A DNA stretch of 62,031 bases, filler included, from 3 parts of 3 records of this genome joined end to end with filler, not necessarily neighbours in it; one strand, 5' to 3'; counted from the whole stretch's first letter, positions 1-9,959 are shown. A program made the numbers and translations. The notes: generated from the letters alone by a model not told the origin.

Positions 1-225
1 GGCAATGTCGACGAATTCAAGCTGGGTCGGCAGGATGGTCTTCGAGCTGGCGAGCTCGGCGAGCTTTTCGAGGCGCGGGTCCGGCACGGCCACGCGGCCG
101 GTATTCGGCTCGATGGTGCAGAACGGATAGTTCGCCGCTTCCGCCGCCGCCGTTTCGGTCAGCGCGTTGAAGAGGGTGGATTTGCCGACATTCGGCAGGC
201 CAACGATGCCGCACTTGAAGCCCAT
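1..225 (-). CDS. ychF: Redox-regulated ATPase YchF, N-terminal part (truncated by window edge)
   Basis: Manual translation from ATG at 225: [23 protein letters not shown]...[12 protein letters not shown]...LEFVDIA; follows pth as usual. Not in the ORF track. Confidence 0.95.
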   Translation of the reverse strand, partial: MGFKCGIVGLPNVGKSTLFNALTETAAAEAANYPFCTIEPNTGRVAVPDPRLEKLAELASSKTILPTQLEFVDIA

Positions 226-228
226 GAC

Positions 229-882
229 TTAATTTTCCTGACTGTTATCGCTGGCGCCGTCAGCCTTTGCTGCATCCGGCTTGTTGTTCGGTTTCGGCGG
301 TTTCGGGCGCTGCGGGAAGACGGCCTGGCTGACCCGGCTCATGAAGCCGCTATCCTCGCTCTTGACCAGCAGGTCAGCCTCGTCGGCGACTGCGGGCACG
401 AGCTTCGAAAGCCAGCCGGCGCGTTCCGCCTTGGCGAAGTCCTGCAGCACGTAATCCTTCACCCGGTTCTTGTCGCCTGGATGGCCGACGCCGAGCCGGA
501 CCCGCCAGTATTCCTTGCCGATATGGGCATCGAGACTGCGGATGCCGTTGTGACCGCCGGAGCCGCCGCCGCGTTTCACGCGCAGCTTGCCGGGGGCAAG
601 GTCGATCTCGTCATAGAAGACGATGATGTTTTCGAGAGGGATCTTGAAGAACCGGACCGCTTCGCCGACCGCGCGGCCGGAATCGTTCATGAAGGTGGTC
701 GGTTTCATCAGCAGTACCTTCTCACCGCCGACTGTACCGTCGGCGGTGAGGGCCTGAAAGCGTGCCCGGAAAGGACCGAAACCATAGCTTGAGGCAATTT
801 CGTCAGCGACGAGAAAGCCGATATTATGGCGCGTCAGCTCGTATTTCGCCCCGGGATTTCCAAGGCCAACGAACAGAAACAT
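229..882 (-). CDS. pth: Peptidyl-tRNA hydrolase
   Basis: VGLGNPG..Y..TRHNIGF, KPTTFMNDSG, GGHNGIRS motifs; rplY-pth-ychF order. Confidence 0.97.
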   Translation of the reverse strand: MFLFVGLGNPGAKYELTRHNIGFLVADEIASSYGFGPFRARFQALTADGTVGGEKVLLMKPTTFMNDSGRAVGEAVRFFKIPLENIIVFYDEIDLAPGKLRVKRGGGSGGHNGIRSLDAHIGKEYWRVRLGVGHPGDKNRVKDYVLQDFAKAERAGWLSKLVPAVADEADLLVKSEDSGFMSRVSQAVFPQRPKPPKPNNKPDAAKADGASDNSQEN

Positions 883-938
883 CGCTCGGTCCCCTCCCGC
901 CGGACCGCCTCACGAGGAGGCGGGCACGGCGCGGCAGA

Positions 939-1583
939 TTAGTCTTCGGCCTCGGTTTCGGCGTCTTCAGCCGTATCTTCGGCCTCGTCTTCGGCGTCGC
1001 TGGCTTCGCTCTTCATCGAGGACGGCGCGGCGATGGTTGCGACGGTGAAATCCCGATCGGTAATGGTCGGGGTGACACCTTCCGGAAGGACGATGGCGCT
1101 GATGTGAATGCTGTCGCCGACATTCCAGCCCTCGAGGTCGAGGGTCAGGGAAGACGGCATCTGGTCCGGACGGCAGCTCACTTCGACTTCGTGACGCACG
1201 ACGTTCAGAACGCCGCCGACCTTGAGGCCCGGGCACTTGTCTTCGTTGATGAACTCAACCGGCACTTCGACGGTGATGGTCGAAGAGGCGCTGACCCGAA
1301 GGAAATCAACATGCTCCGGACGATCGGTGACCGGGTGCAGCTGCACGTCACGGGCAAGCACGCTGTGCTTCTTGCCGTCGACTTCGAGATCGATCAGGGT
1401 CGAAAAGAAACCGGACTGATGAAGCAGCTTCGTCAGCGCACGCTCATTGAGCGTCACGGAAACCGGGTCTTTCTTGTCGCCGTAGATTACGGCCGGGATG
1501 AGCCCCGCGCGACGGGCGGCACGGGCGGACCCCTTACCGACCCGGTCACGCGTCTGGGCGCTCAGTGCGATCACATCAGACAT
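939..1583 (-). CDS. rplY: 50S ribosomal protein L25/Ctc
   Basis: GKGSARAARRAGLIPAVIYG, DVQLHPV..RPEHVDF, acidic tail; ATG at 1583 preceded by GGAG. Confidence 0.96.
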   Translation of the reverse strand: MSDVIALSAQTRDRVGKGSARAARRAGLIPAVIYGDKKDPVSVTLNERALTKLLHQSGFFSTLIDLEVDGKKHSVLARDVQLHPVTDRPEHVDFLRVSASSTITVEVPVEFINEDKCPGLKVGGVLNVVRHEVEVSCRPDQMPSSLTLDLEGWNVGDSIHISAIVLPEGVTPTITDRDFTVATIAAPSSMKSEASDAEDEAEDTAEDAETEAED

Positions 1584-1602
1584 TTTATTCTCCAATAAAG
1601 AT

Positions 1603-1650
1603 GTTCCGCGTGCGGCTGACCTCCAGGGGTGCCAGCCCGCAAGGCGGAAC
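1603..1650 (-). promoter_or_regulatory. Stable hairpin in the rplY 5' leader (candidate autoregulatory leader)
   Basis: mRNA pairs GUUCCGC/GCGGAAC, UGCGG/CCGCA, CUGGC/GUCAG around loop ACCCCUGGAG, ending about 20 nt before the start codon. Confidence 0.5.
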
Positions 1651-1736
1651 GGATGAGCGGGGCGTTTTAGTGGCTTTCGCCGGAAAAAGCCAGCCCAAAG
1701 CAGCGCGGACCGGGATACCGGTCCGGCGCGACAGGT

Positions 1737-2687
1737 CTAGAAGTTGAAGAGGCTGGAAACCGAGCGCTCTTCGGCGATGCGCCGGATCGACTCGCCGAGA
1801 AGCGGCGCGACCGAAATTTGGCGGATATTGCGTGCGACACGAACGGCTTCCGTGGTCGCGATACTGTCCGTGGTGACCAGGGATTGCAGCGGTGAGGATG
1901 TCACGCGCGCAACGGCGCCGCCGGAGAGCACGCCATGCGTGATATAGGCATCGACGGAAACCGCGCCGGAGGCCATCAGGGCTTCGGCTGCATTGCAAAG
2001 GGTGCCGCCGCTATCGACGATATCGTCGACCAGGATGCAGCGCTTGTCCTTCACGTCACCGATGATGTTCATGACCTCGGACACACCGGCACGTTCGCGG
2101 CGCTTGTCGATGATCGCCAGATCGGCGTTCAGCGGCTTGGCCAGCGCGCGGGCGCGCACGACACCGCCGACATCGGGCGAAACGATGGTGATTTGCTCGT
2201 CGCCGTAACGGTCCGTGATGTCCTTGTGGAAGACGGGGGCGGCGAACAGATTGTCCGTCGGGATATCGAAGAACCCCTGTATCTGGCCAGCATGGAGATC
2301 CATGGTCAGCACCCGGTCAGCGCCGGCCGTGGTGATCAGATTGGCGACCAGCTTGGCGGATATCGGTGTGCGGGAACCTGATTTCCGGTCCTGACGGGCA
2401 TAGCCGTAATAGGGAATGACCGCCGTGATGCGCCGTGCCGAGGCCCGCTTCAGTGCATCGAGCGTGACCAGCAGTTCCATCAGGTTGTCATTCGCCGGAT
2501 AGGAGGTTGGCTGGATGACGAAAACGTCTTCCCCGCGCACATTCTCCTGGATCTCGACGAACACTTCCATGTCCGAGAACCGGCGGACGTCGGCCTTCGT
2601 CAATGGCATGTTGAGGTAGGCGGCGATTGTTTCCGCCAGTGGCCTGTTACTGTTACAGGCCAGGATCTTCATACGAACGTCTGACAT
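1737..2687 (-). CDS. prs: Ribose-phosphate pyrophosphokinase (alternative start 2672)
   Basis: [40 protein letters not shown]. Confidence 0.97.
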   Translation of the reverse strand: MSDVRMKILACNSNRPLAETIAAYLNMPLTKADVRRFSDMEVFVEIQENVRGEDVFVIQPTSYPANDNLMELLVTLDALKRASARRITAVIPYYGYARQDRKSGSRTPISAKLVANLITTAGADRVLTMDLHAGQIQGFFDIPTDNLFAAPVFHKDITDRYGDEQITIVSPDVGGVVRARALAKPLNADLAIIDKRRERAGVSEVMNIIGDVKDKRCILVDDIVDSGGTLCNAAEALMASGAVSVDAYITHGVLSGGAVARVTSSPLQSLVTTDSIATTEAVRVARNIRQISVAPLLGESIRRIAEERSVSSLFNF

Positions 2688-2814
2688 TCGTGCCCTGTGA
2701 TCTCGGTTGGGGAAGGAGCGGTGAAATCCTTATCTTGCTGTGCCGGATCTTCAAGAAATCAGCATCAGTAGAAGCGGGCGGAACATATCAGCGCGTGTTG
2801 AAAGCGCGCAAGGG

Positions 2815-3744
2815 TTATTGCCGCTTTGTGACAGGTTTCTCGCCTATTCTCTGGCGTCCATACGCGCGCAGCAGGGGCAGAAGGCCTTGCATGGCGCCGT
2901 CAGCAATGAGTGGCGAGGCGGAAACCCAATTTTCTTCCATGCTGCCGGCGGACACCGCGTTCTGCTGGTCGATGACCCCGATTTCCCGGTCGGCGGGATC
3001 GATAAGGCGCCAGGAAATGGCAACGATATCGGTGTCCGCATTGATTGGTTTGATGTCGATCTTGCCTTTCAGGGACAGTGCGCCTTCCGGGATGGTGCCG
3101 CTGTTTTCTATGGCCACGCCGCGGGCGCGGAGCTTGCGCAGCAGGGCCTGGCGCAGGATGGCGTTCCCGCTGCCGGACTTGCCTTCGATCAGATCGACAT
3201 AAAGTCCGGGAAGATCGGCTGTGGCGAGCGTTTCTATCTGCGGGAGCAGCCAGGCCGCGATATCCGGTGCATTCTGGTTGGAGATGTCTTTGAAATGGGC
3301 GGCGTCAGGCGCTTCCCAGAACGCGGCGGGCGGAATCGAGGCGACGCGTTTCTCGCCGATGACCTTGCCGGACGGGTCGCTCAACTCCCAATCGAGAATA
3401 AGTTCGGAGGGCTGTCCGACATGGAGTTGCTGATAGCCCTGGCCCTTGAGAACATAGCTGCGCTTGTTCCGGGCGCTGGCGCTGGCAATGACATTGTGTT
3501 TGACCAGCGATTTCGAGAGCGCCGCCGCCATGGCTTCTCCAACCCAGCCCACAGGTCCCTCGATCGGCTCGACATAGATGCCGGCGGCTTCGGGGGCGAG
3601 AAGCAACTCGACGTCTGATTTCTGGTAAGGCTCACGGCTGAACGGGCGCGGTATTTCTCCGCAGCCGGTCAGGAAGAGCACCAGCAGGACCGGCAGGATG
3701 AGGCGGCGTGCGGAGAAGTCCCGGCACGGGGAACTGTCTTTCAT
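2815..3744 (-). CDS. Hypothetical lipoprotein
   Basis: Basic then hydrophobic N-terminus ending in lipobox LTG-C; co-oriented with neighbours. Confidence 0.7.
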   Translation of the reverse strand: MKDSSPCRDFSARRLILPVLLVLFLTGCGEIPRPFSREPYQKSDVELLLAPEAAGIYVEPIEGPVGWVGEAMAAALSKSLVKHNVIASASARNKRSYVLKGQGYQQLHVGQPSELILDWELSDPSGKVIGEKRVASIPPAAFWEAPDAAHFKDISNQNAPDIAAWLLPQIETLATADLPGLYVDLIEGKSGSGNAILRQALLRKLRARGVAIENSGTIPEGALSLKGKIDIKPINADTDIVAISWRLIDPADREIGVIDQQNAVSAGSMEENWVSASPLIADGAMQGLLPLLRAYGRQRIGEKPVTKRQ

Positions 3745-3849
3745 GGTGCGGGACTTAAATCACCAGGACGCAACTGACAAGCAGCCCGAGGACGGTCGCC
3801 GCGAACAGGATATGGAGATGAGGCATGTTTCGGCGTCTTCCCCGGAGTG

Positions 3850-4998
3850 TTATTTGCGAACAAGGTCGAGCGGCAGCCTGGAAAGCCGCTCGTTTCCATC
3901 GTCGGTGACAATGAAGGTCTCGCCGAGGGTCATGGCAAGATCCTTGTTGCTGTCCATCAGAATCATGTGTGCGAAGAACACCATGCCGGGACGGATTTCA
4001 ACAGGGTTGCCGTGATAGAACATCGGGAAGTCCATCCACATCGGAGCGAAGACGGCGCCGAGGGAGTAGCCGCAGGCATTCATCCGGGCATGGCTGTAAC
4101 CGCGCTGGTCCATGACGCCGGCATGCGCGTCGAACACCGAGCCGACGATATTACCGGGGCGTAGTGCCGCGCGGCAGGCCTCCAGTGCTTCAACGCAGGC
4201 GCCGTGCATGTCGTCATGCTCTGGCCTCGGTGCTCCGATGGGGAGCGTGCGCATCATGCAGGCATGGTAGTGCCGGTATGCCCCGGCAAACTCCAAAGTC
4301 AGTTGATCCTCGGCCTCCAGCGTGCGGCGGCCGGTGAAGTAGCGGCACAGCAGGGCGTCGGAGCCGGAGCCGATGATGAATTCGTTGCCGGGATAATCTC
4401 CGCCGCCCTTGAAGACGGCGCCCTGCATGGCGGCGAGTATGTCTCCCTCGAAGGCGCCCGGGCCGGTCAACTCCTGTCCGGCTATGAGGGCGTCGTCTGC
4501 CAATTCGGCGGCACGCCGGACATAGGCCAGCTCCGCCGGTGACTTGACCACGCGCAGCTCGGAGACCAGCTCGGAACTGTCGATCAGTTTGCAGAAACCG
4601 TCCAGCTCCGCATTGATCGCCATGCCGTTCCGTGCGGTCAGACCGTAGGCCTCGTATTCAATGCCGAAGGTTTTTCCGGCGCCGCCAAACTCGCCCAGCA
4701 TTGCTTTCAGCTCGCTTGCCGGTGTGGCGCCGTCCCGATCGACCCAGATCCGGATATCCTGGATCATGCTGGTGTTCTGCGCCTGCCGGAGATCCGGCGC
4801 CCGGGTCATCAGGGCGAGACGCCCGTCCGCGCCGAGATAGAGGCACTGGAAGAAGCAGAAACCGAACGTGTCATACCCCGTGAGGTAGAACATGCTCTCC
4901 TGGCGGAACATCAGCAGGCCGTCGAGGCCGCGCCGCTGCATCAGATCTATGGTCCGCGCGCGGCGGTCCGCGAGCTCCTGCTCGGTGAAATGCAGCAC
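3850..4998 (-). CDS. M24 (pita-bread) family hydrolase, creatinase/EutD-like, lacking the canonical metal ligands
   Basis: YLTGY N-domain, RVVKSPAEL, EFAG..RHYHACMMRT, CGYSLG, GMVFFAH, GETFIVT. Confidence 0.85.
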   Translation of the reverse strand: MLHFTEQELADRRARTIDLMQRRGLDGLLMFRQESMFYLTGYDTFGFCFFQCLYLGADGRLALMTRAPDLRQAQNTSMIQDIRIWVDRDGATPASELKAMLGEFGGAGKTFGIEYEAYGLTARNGMAINAELDGFCKLIDSSELVSELRVVKSPAELAYVRRAAELADDALIAGQELTGPGAFEGDILAAMQGAVFKGGGDYPGNEFIIGSGSDALLCRYFTGRRTLEAEDQLTLEFAGAYRHYHACMMRTLPIGAPRPEHDDMHGACVEALEACRAALRPGNIVGSVFDAHAGVMDQRGYSHARMNACGYSLGAVFAPMWMDFPMFYHGNPVEIRPGMVFFAHMILMDSNKDLAMTLGETFIVTDDGNERLSRLPLDLVRK

Positions 4999-5001
4999 AG
5001 G

Positions 5002-5766
5002 CTACTCCGATATGACGATGGTTGAGAGCTGCCGTCCGTAATCCGGCTCATTGCGCAGGCGCGAGCGCCGGTAGCTGAAAAAGTTAGGCTCGTCCCTACA
5101 GGTATCACAATCAAGCCGGTAGAGCTCGCCCAGACCGAGACGGGACAGGCGGGAGGCGCAGTAGTTCGAGAGGTCGAACTGGAAGTGCCCCTCGCGATTG
5201 CCGGCACTGAAGAAGGCGGCGTTGTTCTTGTCCTGCTCGAGGAACGGCTGCGGGAATTCCGGGCCGACCTCGTAGGAGGCCTGACCTATGCAGGGGCCGA
5301 CGGCGACCTGGATGTTGTCCGCACGGGCACCGAGTTCGATCATCGCATCGACTGTCGCTTCCATGACGCCGTTCAGCGCGCCGCGCCAGCCTGCGTGGCA
5401 GGCGCCGATGATGCCATCTCCCGGATCGGAGAACAGGACCGGTGTGCAATCCGCCGAGAGGACGCCGAGGGCAATGTTCTTGCGTGCCGTCACCATGCCG
5501 TCGGCGCGTGGCGGCTCGTCTGGCCGTTCGTCGCTGTCGATGACATGGACGATTGCGGAATGGATCTGGTTGCAGGTGAAGAGAGCCTCGGCATCGCAAT
5601 CGAGTGCCGCCATGGTCCGTGCCCGGTTGGCGACGACGGCCTTTCGCGTGTCCCCGGATCCGAGCCCGCAATTGAGCGAGCGGTAGATGCCCTGACTGAC
5701 CCCGCCGCGTCTTGTATAGAAAGCGTGGCGGATCTTGTCCGTATTCATCTCGTCAAGTTGGATCAC
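5002..5766 (-). CDS. pgeF: PgeF/YfiH laccase-domain protein
   Basis: FYTRRGGVS, SLNCG, QIHS, ADCTPV, HAGWRG, GPCI, FFSYRR. Confidence 0.93.
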   Translation of the reverse strand: MIQLDEMNTDKIRHAFYTRRGGVSQGIYRSLNCGLGSGDTRKAVVANRARTMAALDCDAEALFTCNQIHSAIVHVIDSDERPDEPPRADGMVTARKNIALGVLSADCTPVLFSDPGDGIIGACHAGWRGALNGVMEATVDAMIELGARADNIQVAVGPCIGQASYEVGPEFPQPFLEQDKNNAAFFSAGNREGHFQFDLSNYCASRLSRLGLGELYRLDCDTCRDEPNFFSYRRSRLRNEPDYGRQLSTIVISE

Positions 5767-6893
5767 CTTGAAAAGGCTCCCGTTTCACGCATCGACCTGT
5801 TTCGTGGCGGGCCGAAACCGGGAAGAGTGTCCATTCCCGGCGCGGTAATCGCCACAGCCTTGAACAGCGTGCCCATTTCGGTGGGCTCGATCAAGCGCCG
5901 CGCGCCGCTACGGATTGTCGCCGCTTGGGCGGGGGAGGCTTTTTCGACAAGGGCCTGGGCCCGGGCTTCCATGCCAAGCGCGGAGAGGAATTGCCCCTGT
6001 GTCACGGTGCCGAAGCAGATGCAGCCGCCGGACGCGGCACTTTCCAGCAAAGCGCCGAAATCGACATGGGCGGTCAGATCCGCAGTCCCGGGCTTCTCCA
6101 GCACGTCCACATATTGATGGCCGCGCAGTGCCTGGAAGGTATCGCCGAAAGCGCTTTTGCCGTGTCCGTAATCAAGGAACAGTCCGGCGCCGCCACAACG
6201 GGTAATGTGCCGTGCGATCTGTTCCGTGATCATCCGGCCGTCCACGCAGATCTCGAATATGTCACCCTCTGCGGGTATCAGGGCGGAAGGCACCAACCTG
6301 ATCAGGTCGGTCGGTGCCGGCATATCCGACCAGCCAAGGGCGTCATTCCCGGCATCCCGGACGATGCAGCGCTCCCGCCACGCACCGTCGCGGTGGATCA
6401 GGTGCCGGATGGGCAGGGCATCGAAAAACTCATTGCCGAGAATGAGGGAAGGCTGGTCCGGGAGAGTGTCCAGTGTGTCGTGCCAGACCATCTCGATACC
6501 GGACAGTGTCTCGCGCTGGAGGGCGCGGAGCCGGGGGCTGGCTTCGACGAGATGGACCTCAATGGCATCGCGGAAGCCCGGCACGATGCGGGCGGCGCGC
6601 AGTGCGTCGGCCATCAGCGTGCCACGGCCGGGACCGCATTCGACCAGCGCGATTTTATCCGGACTGCCTGACTGCTGCCAGACAGCGGCGCACCAGAGGC
6701 CGATCAGCTCGCCGAAGATCTGGCTGATCTCCGGTGCGGTGATGAAGTCGCCCGCCACTCCGAACGGCTCGCGCGTCGTGTAATAGCCGTGCTCCGGATG
6801 CAGCAGGGCTTCCCGCATATAGCGCGCCACGGTGAGCGGGCCGTCCGTCTCGATCAGGGCCTTCAGATGTGCCGATAGCGGGCTTGCCGTCAT
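5763..6893 (-). CDS. SAM-dependent methyltransferase, MidA/NDUFAF7 family
   Basis: GYY, GDFITAPEISQIFGE, ECGPGRGTL, NEFFDALP, DYG, ADLTAHVDF. Confidence 0.92.
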   Translation of the reverse strand: MTASPLSAHLKALIETDGPLTVARYMREALLHPEHGYYTTREPFGVAGDFITAPEISQIFGELIGLWCAAVWQQSGSPDKIALVECGPGRGTLMADALRAARIVPGFRDAIEVHLVEASPRLRALQRETLSGIEMVWHDTLDTLPDQPSLILGNEFFDALPIRHLIHRDGAWRERCIVRDAGNDALGWSDMPAPTDLIRLVPSALIPAEGDIFEICVDGRMITEQIARHITRCGGAGLFLDYGHGKSAFGDTFQALRGHQYVDVLEKPGTADLTAHVDFGALLESAASGGCICFGTVTQGQFLSALGMEARAQALVEKASPAQAATIRSGARRLIEPTEMGTLFKAVAITAPGMDTLPGFGPPRNRSMRETGAFSR

Positions 6894-7705
6894 GAATTAT
6901 CCGGGAGCGGAGGACGGCGGAGAGCCCAGATCATCACCCCGACCCCGACCAGGATCATCGGCAGCGAAAGAAGCTGTCCCATGGTCGCGCCTGCGAACAG
7001 GAAGCCGAGTTGCGCATCGGGTTCCCGGAAGAACTCGACGATGAAGCGGGCGGTGCCGTATCCGGCAAAGAACAGGCCGCCGATTGCACCGGGATAGCGC
7101 CTGATATCGGTACGGGCGATCAGCAGGGCAATAAGGGTGAACAGCACCAGACCTTCCAGCGCGGCTTCATAAAGCTGGCTCGGATGCCGGGGCATGGGGC
7201 CGCCATTCGGAAACACCATGGACCAGGGCACATCGGTGGCGCGTCCATAAAGCTCGCCATTGATGAAGTTCGCGATGCGGCCGAAGAACAACCCGATCGG
7301 TGCTGCCGCCGCCACGATGTCGCCAACCAGGAGCGAGTTGATGCCGCGCCGCCGGGCGAACAGGAACAATCCGGCGAGCGTGCCGAGCATACCGCCATGG
7401 AAAGCCATGCCGCCTTGCCAGACCATCAGGATCTGCATCGGATTTTCGAGATAGTAGGGGAGGTTGTAGAACAGCACGTAGCCGATGCGGCCGCCGAGCA
7501 CCACGCCGAGCGTGGCATAGACCAGCAGATCGTCCAGCGAGGACGGATCCATGAAACGTGGTGTGCGGCGGCACAGATGCACGCAATAGCGCCAGCCGAG
7601 GATCAGACCGGCTATGTAGGCGAGGGCGTACCAGCGGACGGCGAACGGTCCGACGGAAAAGATCACCGGATCGATATTCGGGAAAGGCAGGCCAGCCTGC
7701 TCCAT
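6890..7705 (-). CDS. lgt: Prolipoprotein diacylglyceryl transferase
   Basis: RWYALAY, GGRIGYVLFY, GGMAFHGG, GRIANFINGELYGR, RHPSQLYE. Confidence 0.97.
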   Translation of the reverse strand: MEQAGLPFPNIDPVIFSVGPFAVRWYALAYIAGLILGWRYCVHLCRRTPRFMDPSSLDDLLVYATLGVVLGGRIGYVLFYNLPYYLENPMQILMVWQGGMAFHGGMLGTLAGLFLFARRRGINSLLVGDIVAAAAPIGLFFGRIANFINGELYGRATDVPWSMVFPNGGPMPRHPSQLYEAALEGLVLFTLIALLIARTDIRRYPGAIGGLFFAGYGTARFIVEFFREPDAQLGFLFAGATMGQLLSLPMILVGVGVMIWALRRPPLPDNS

Positions 7706-7722
7706 AAGGGACGCTCCAGCGA

Positions 7723-8715
7723 TCAGCGGTAGGGATCTTCAGTGTCGAGATAGTCCTGAACGTAGCACCGAATGCCTTCTTCAAGCGGGGTGAACTGGCC
7801 GGGATACCCGGCATCCCGCAGCTTCTCCATGCGCGCTTCGGTGAAATACTGGTAGCGGTCCCGGATCTCCACCGGCGTATCGACGAAATCGATGCGCGGG
7901 TCCTTGCCGAGAGCGACATAGACCGCGCGGGCGAGATCGGCGAACGAACGGGCCTGGCCGGTACCGAGATTGAACAGGCCGGAGACATCCGGCGTGTCGT
8001 GCAGCCAGATCATCACGTCGACACAATCGCCGACCCAGACGAAATCGCGGAGCTGGCCGCCATCCTCGTAATCCGGGTTGTGGGAGCGGAACAGCGTCGC
8101 CGGCAGGTTGGCGGCCGCGCGCGGGTAGATCTGCGCCACCACGCTTTGCTGGCCGCCCTTATGGGATTCATTAGGGCCGTAGACATTGAAGAACTTGAGC
8201 CCGGCCCATTGTTTCGGCGTCTTGCGTCCCTCGGCAACCAGGCGGGCGATCCGGCGGTCGAACAGATGCTTGCTCCAGCCATAGGGATTGAGCGGCTGCA
8301 GTCCGGCGAGGCCGTCGATGCTGGCATCGTCCTCGAAACCCTCGCTACCGTCGCCATAGGTAGCGGCGGACGAGGCGTAGATCAGTCTTGCGTCATTCTC
8401 GGCGCACCATGTCCACAGATCGACGGAGGTGCGGAAATTCTGTTTCACGATGAAATCGGCATCGCGTTCGGTGGTGGAGGAGCTGGCACCAAGATGAAAC
8501 ACGGTCTCGACCACGTCCTTGTGCCTGTCGAGAAAGTCGAACAGATCCTCGGGCGGGATGATGTCGGCCAACTCGCGCTTTGCAATGTTGCGCCACTTCT
8601 CTCCGGCACCGAGCGTGTCGCAGACCACGATGTCCCGCGCCAGATCCTCGCGTTCGCTGAGGGCGGCGACCAGGTTGGATCCGATAAATCCGGCGCCGCC
8701 TGTAACGACAATCAT
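7723..8715 (-). CDS. hldD: ADP-L-glycero-D-manno-heptose 6-epimerase
   Basis: Start MIVVTGGAGFIGSN at 8715; YASSAATYG, PLNPYGWSK, FNVYGPNESHKG, YQYFTEA. Confidence 0.93.
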   Translation of the reverse strand: MIVVTGGAGFIGSNLVAALSEREDLARDIVVCDTLGAGEKWRNIAKRELADIIPPEDLFDFLDRHKDVVETVFHLGASSSTTERDADFIVKQNFRTSVDLWTWCAENDARLIYASSAATYGDGSEGFEDDASIDGLAGLQPLNPYGWSKHLFDRRIARLVAEGRKTPKQWAGLKFFNVYGPNESHKGGQQSVVAQIYPRAAANLPATLFRSHNPDYEDGGQLRDFVWVGDCVDVMIWLHDTPDVSGLFNLGTGQARSFADLARAVYVALGKDPRIDFVDTPVEIRDRYQYFTEARMEKLRDAGYPGQFTPLEEGIRCYVQDYLDTEDPYR

Positions 8716-8871
8716 GCTCGTTCCTCCGATCCTAACTCTATATGGATGTTTCTCGCCCGACGCGGATTGCTTTCGCAAGCTCGAAAGTAGTAGGTCTGGG
8801 GACGGACGCTGCTTGTGCCCCGAGGATTTGCCCAATATCCGGCAGCCGGGCCAGACCAGGAGGAGCCGCCG

Positions 8872-9219
8872 ATGCAGACGAATAACAGATTTTTCGATGA
8901 CATCGCCAAGATGGCGAACGGCGCCATGTCCGCCGCCGCCGGTGTCCGCGAGGAGATGGAGCAGCTGATTCGTCAGCAGTTCGAGCGCTATCTCGGTGAG
9001 CACGATCTTGTGACTTACGAGGAATTTGCGGCCGTTCGCGAACAGGCGAGCAAGGCGCGCTCCGAACAGGAAGCGCTTGCGGAACGTGTTGCAATGCTTG
9101 AAAAGGAGCTCGCAAGCCTAAAGGAGGCCAAGGCGAAGACCACGCGCCGGGCACCAAAGCAGGCAAAAACAACGACTTCCGCCAAATCCGCTGCGCCGGA
9201 TACGGCACAGAATAAATAA
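8872..9219 (+). CDS. ubiK: Accessory factor UbiK (DUF526) family protein
   Basis: MQTNNRFFDDIAK, DLVTYEEF, coiled coil; AGGAG RBS before ATG at 8872. Confidence 0.85.
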   Translation: MQTNNRFFDDIAKMANGAMSAAAGVREEMEQLIRQQFERYLGEHDLVTYEEFAAVREQASKARSEQEALAERVAMLEKELASLKEAKAKTTRRAPKQAKTTTSAKSAAPDTAQNK

Positions 9220-9448
9220 GCCGCTGTTTTGTAAAGAAAACTAAATAGACCAATATTTCGGACGCGACCCACGAAATATAGGTTGATCGCGGGTTTCGCA
9301 TTTGAGAGGCTACTTCTCGTGGTACTTGGCGATTGGTATCACGCTAGATCTAGTCAGGCTGTTAATCGCGGTCTGACGGACCAAGCTTCCCTGTCTACGA
9401 TCGTCCCGGAGCGCCGGACAGCGCACCTCTCAGAGGGGGTTTGATAGT

Positions 9449-9952
9449 ATGTCTCTGACTTACGTCGAAACGGTTGAAGTTCCCCGTAATCCGTTAGACC
9501 TGATGGAGGAAATTGTCGGAGCCAATGATTGGGCTCACGAGCGTGCAAGCACAGACGAGCTTGCCGTCGAAATCCAAGGCCGCTGGGCTGACTACCGGCT
9601 CTTTTTCCTCTGGCAGGAGGATATGGGAGCGCTTCACTTCTCGTGCATTTTCGAAAGCCGGGTTCCGGTCGAGAAACGGCGCGAGGTCCATTCCCTGCTT
9701 GCAATGATCAACGAGAAACTCTGGCTCGGTCATTTCGACCTCTCCACCGAAGACGGAACACCGATGTTTCGTCAAACCTGTCTGCTGCGTGGCGCGCATT
9801 CCGCGAGCGTCGAGCAGCTTGAGGATCTGGTGGATGTCGCCCTGACCGAATGCGAGCGCTTCTTCCCTGCGTTCCAGTTCGTCATCTGGGGCGGAAAATC
9901 GGCGGAAGAGGCGATGCAGGCCTCCCTGCTGGATGTTGTCGGAGAAGCTTGA
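9449..9952 (+). CDS. YbjN-domain protein
   Basis: NPLD..E, INEKLWLGHFD, ECERFFPAFQFV; usual position between ubiK and proC. Confidence 0.85.
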   Translation: MSLTYVETVEVPRNPLDLMEEIVGANDWAHERASTDELAVEIQGRWADYRLFFLWQEDMGALHFSCIFESRVPVEKRREVHSLLAMINEKLWLGHFDLSTEDGTPMFRQTCLLRGAHSASVEQLEDLVDVALTECERFFPAFQFVIWGGKSAEEAMQASLLDVVGEA

Positions 9953-9959
9953 CCTTCCA

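Noticed and set aside
229-320. Pro/Lys-rich C-terminal tail of Pth
   Set aside because: Low-complexity tails are common on alphaproteobacterial Pth
8716-9003. Long N-terminal extension on hldD in the ORF track
   Set aside because: Overlaps divergent ubiK; the Rossmann motif begins right after ATG 8715, which has a GGAGG RBS
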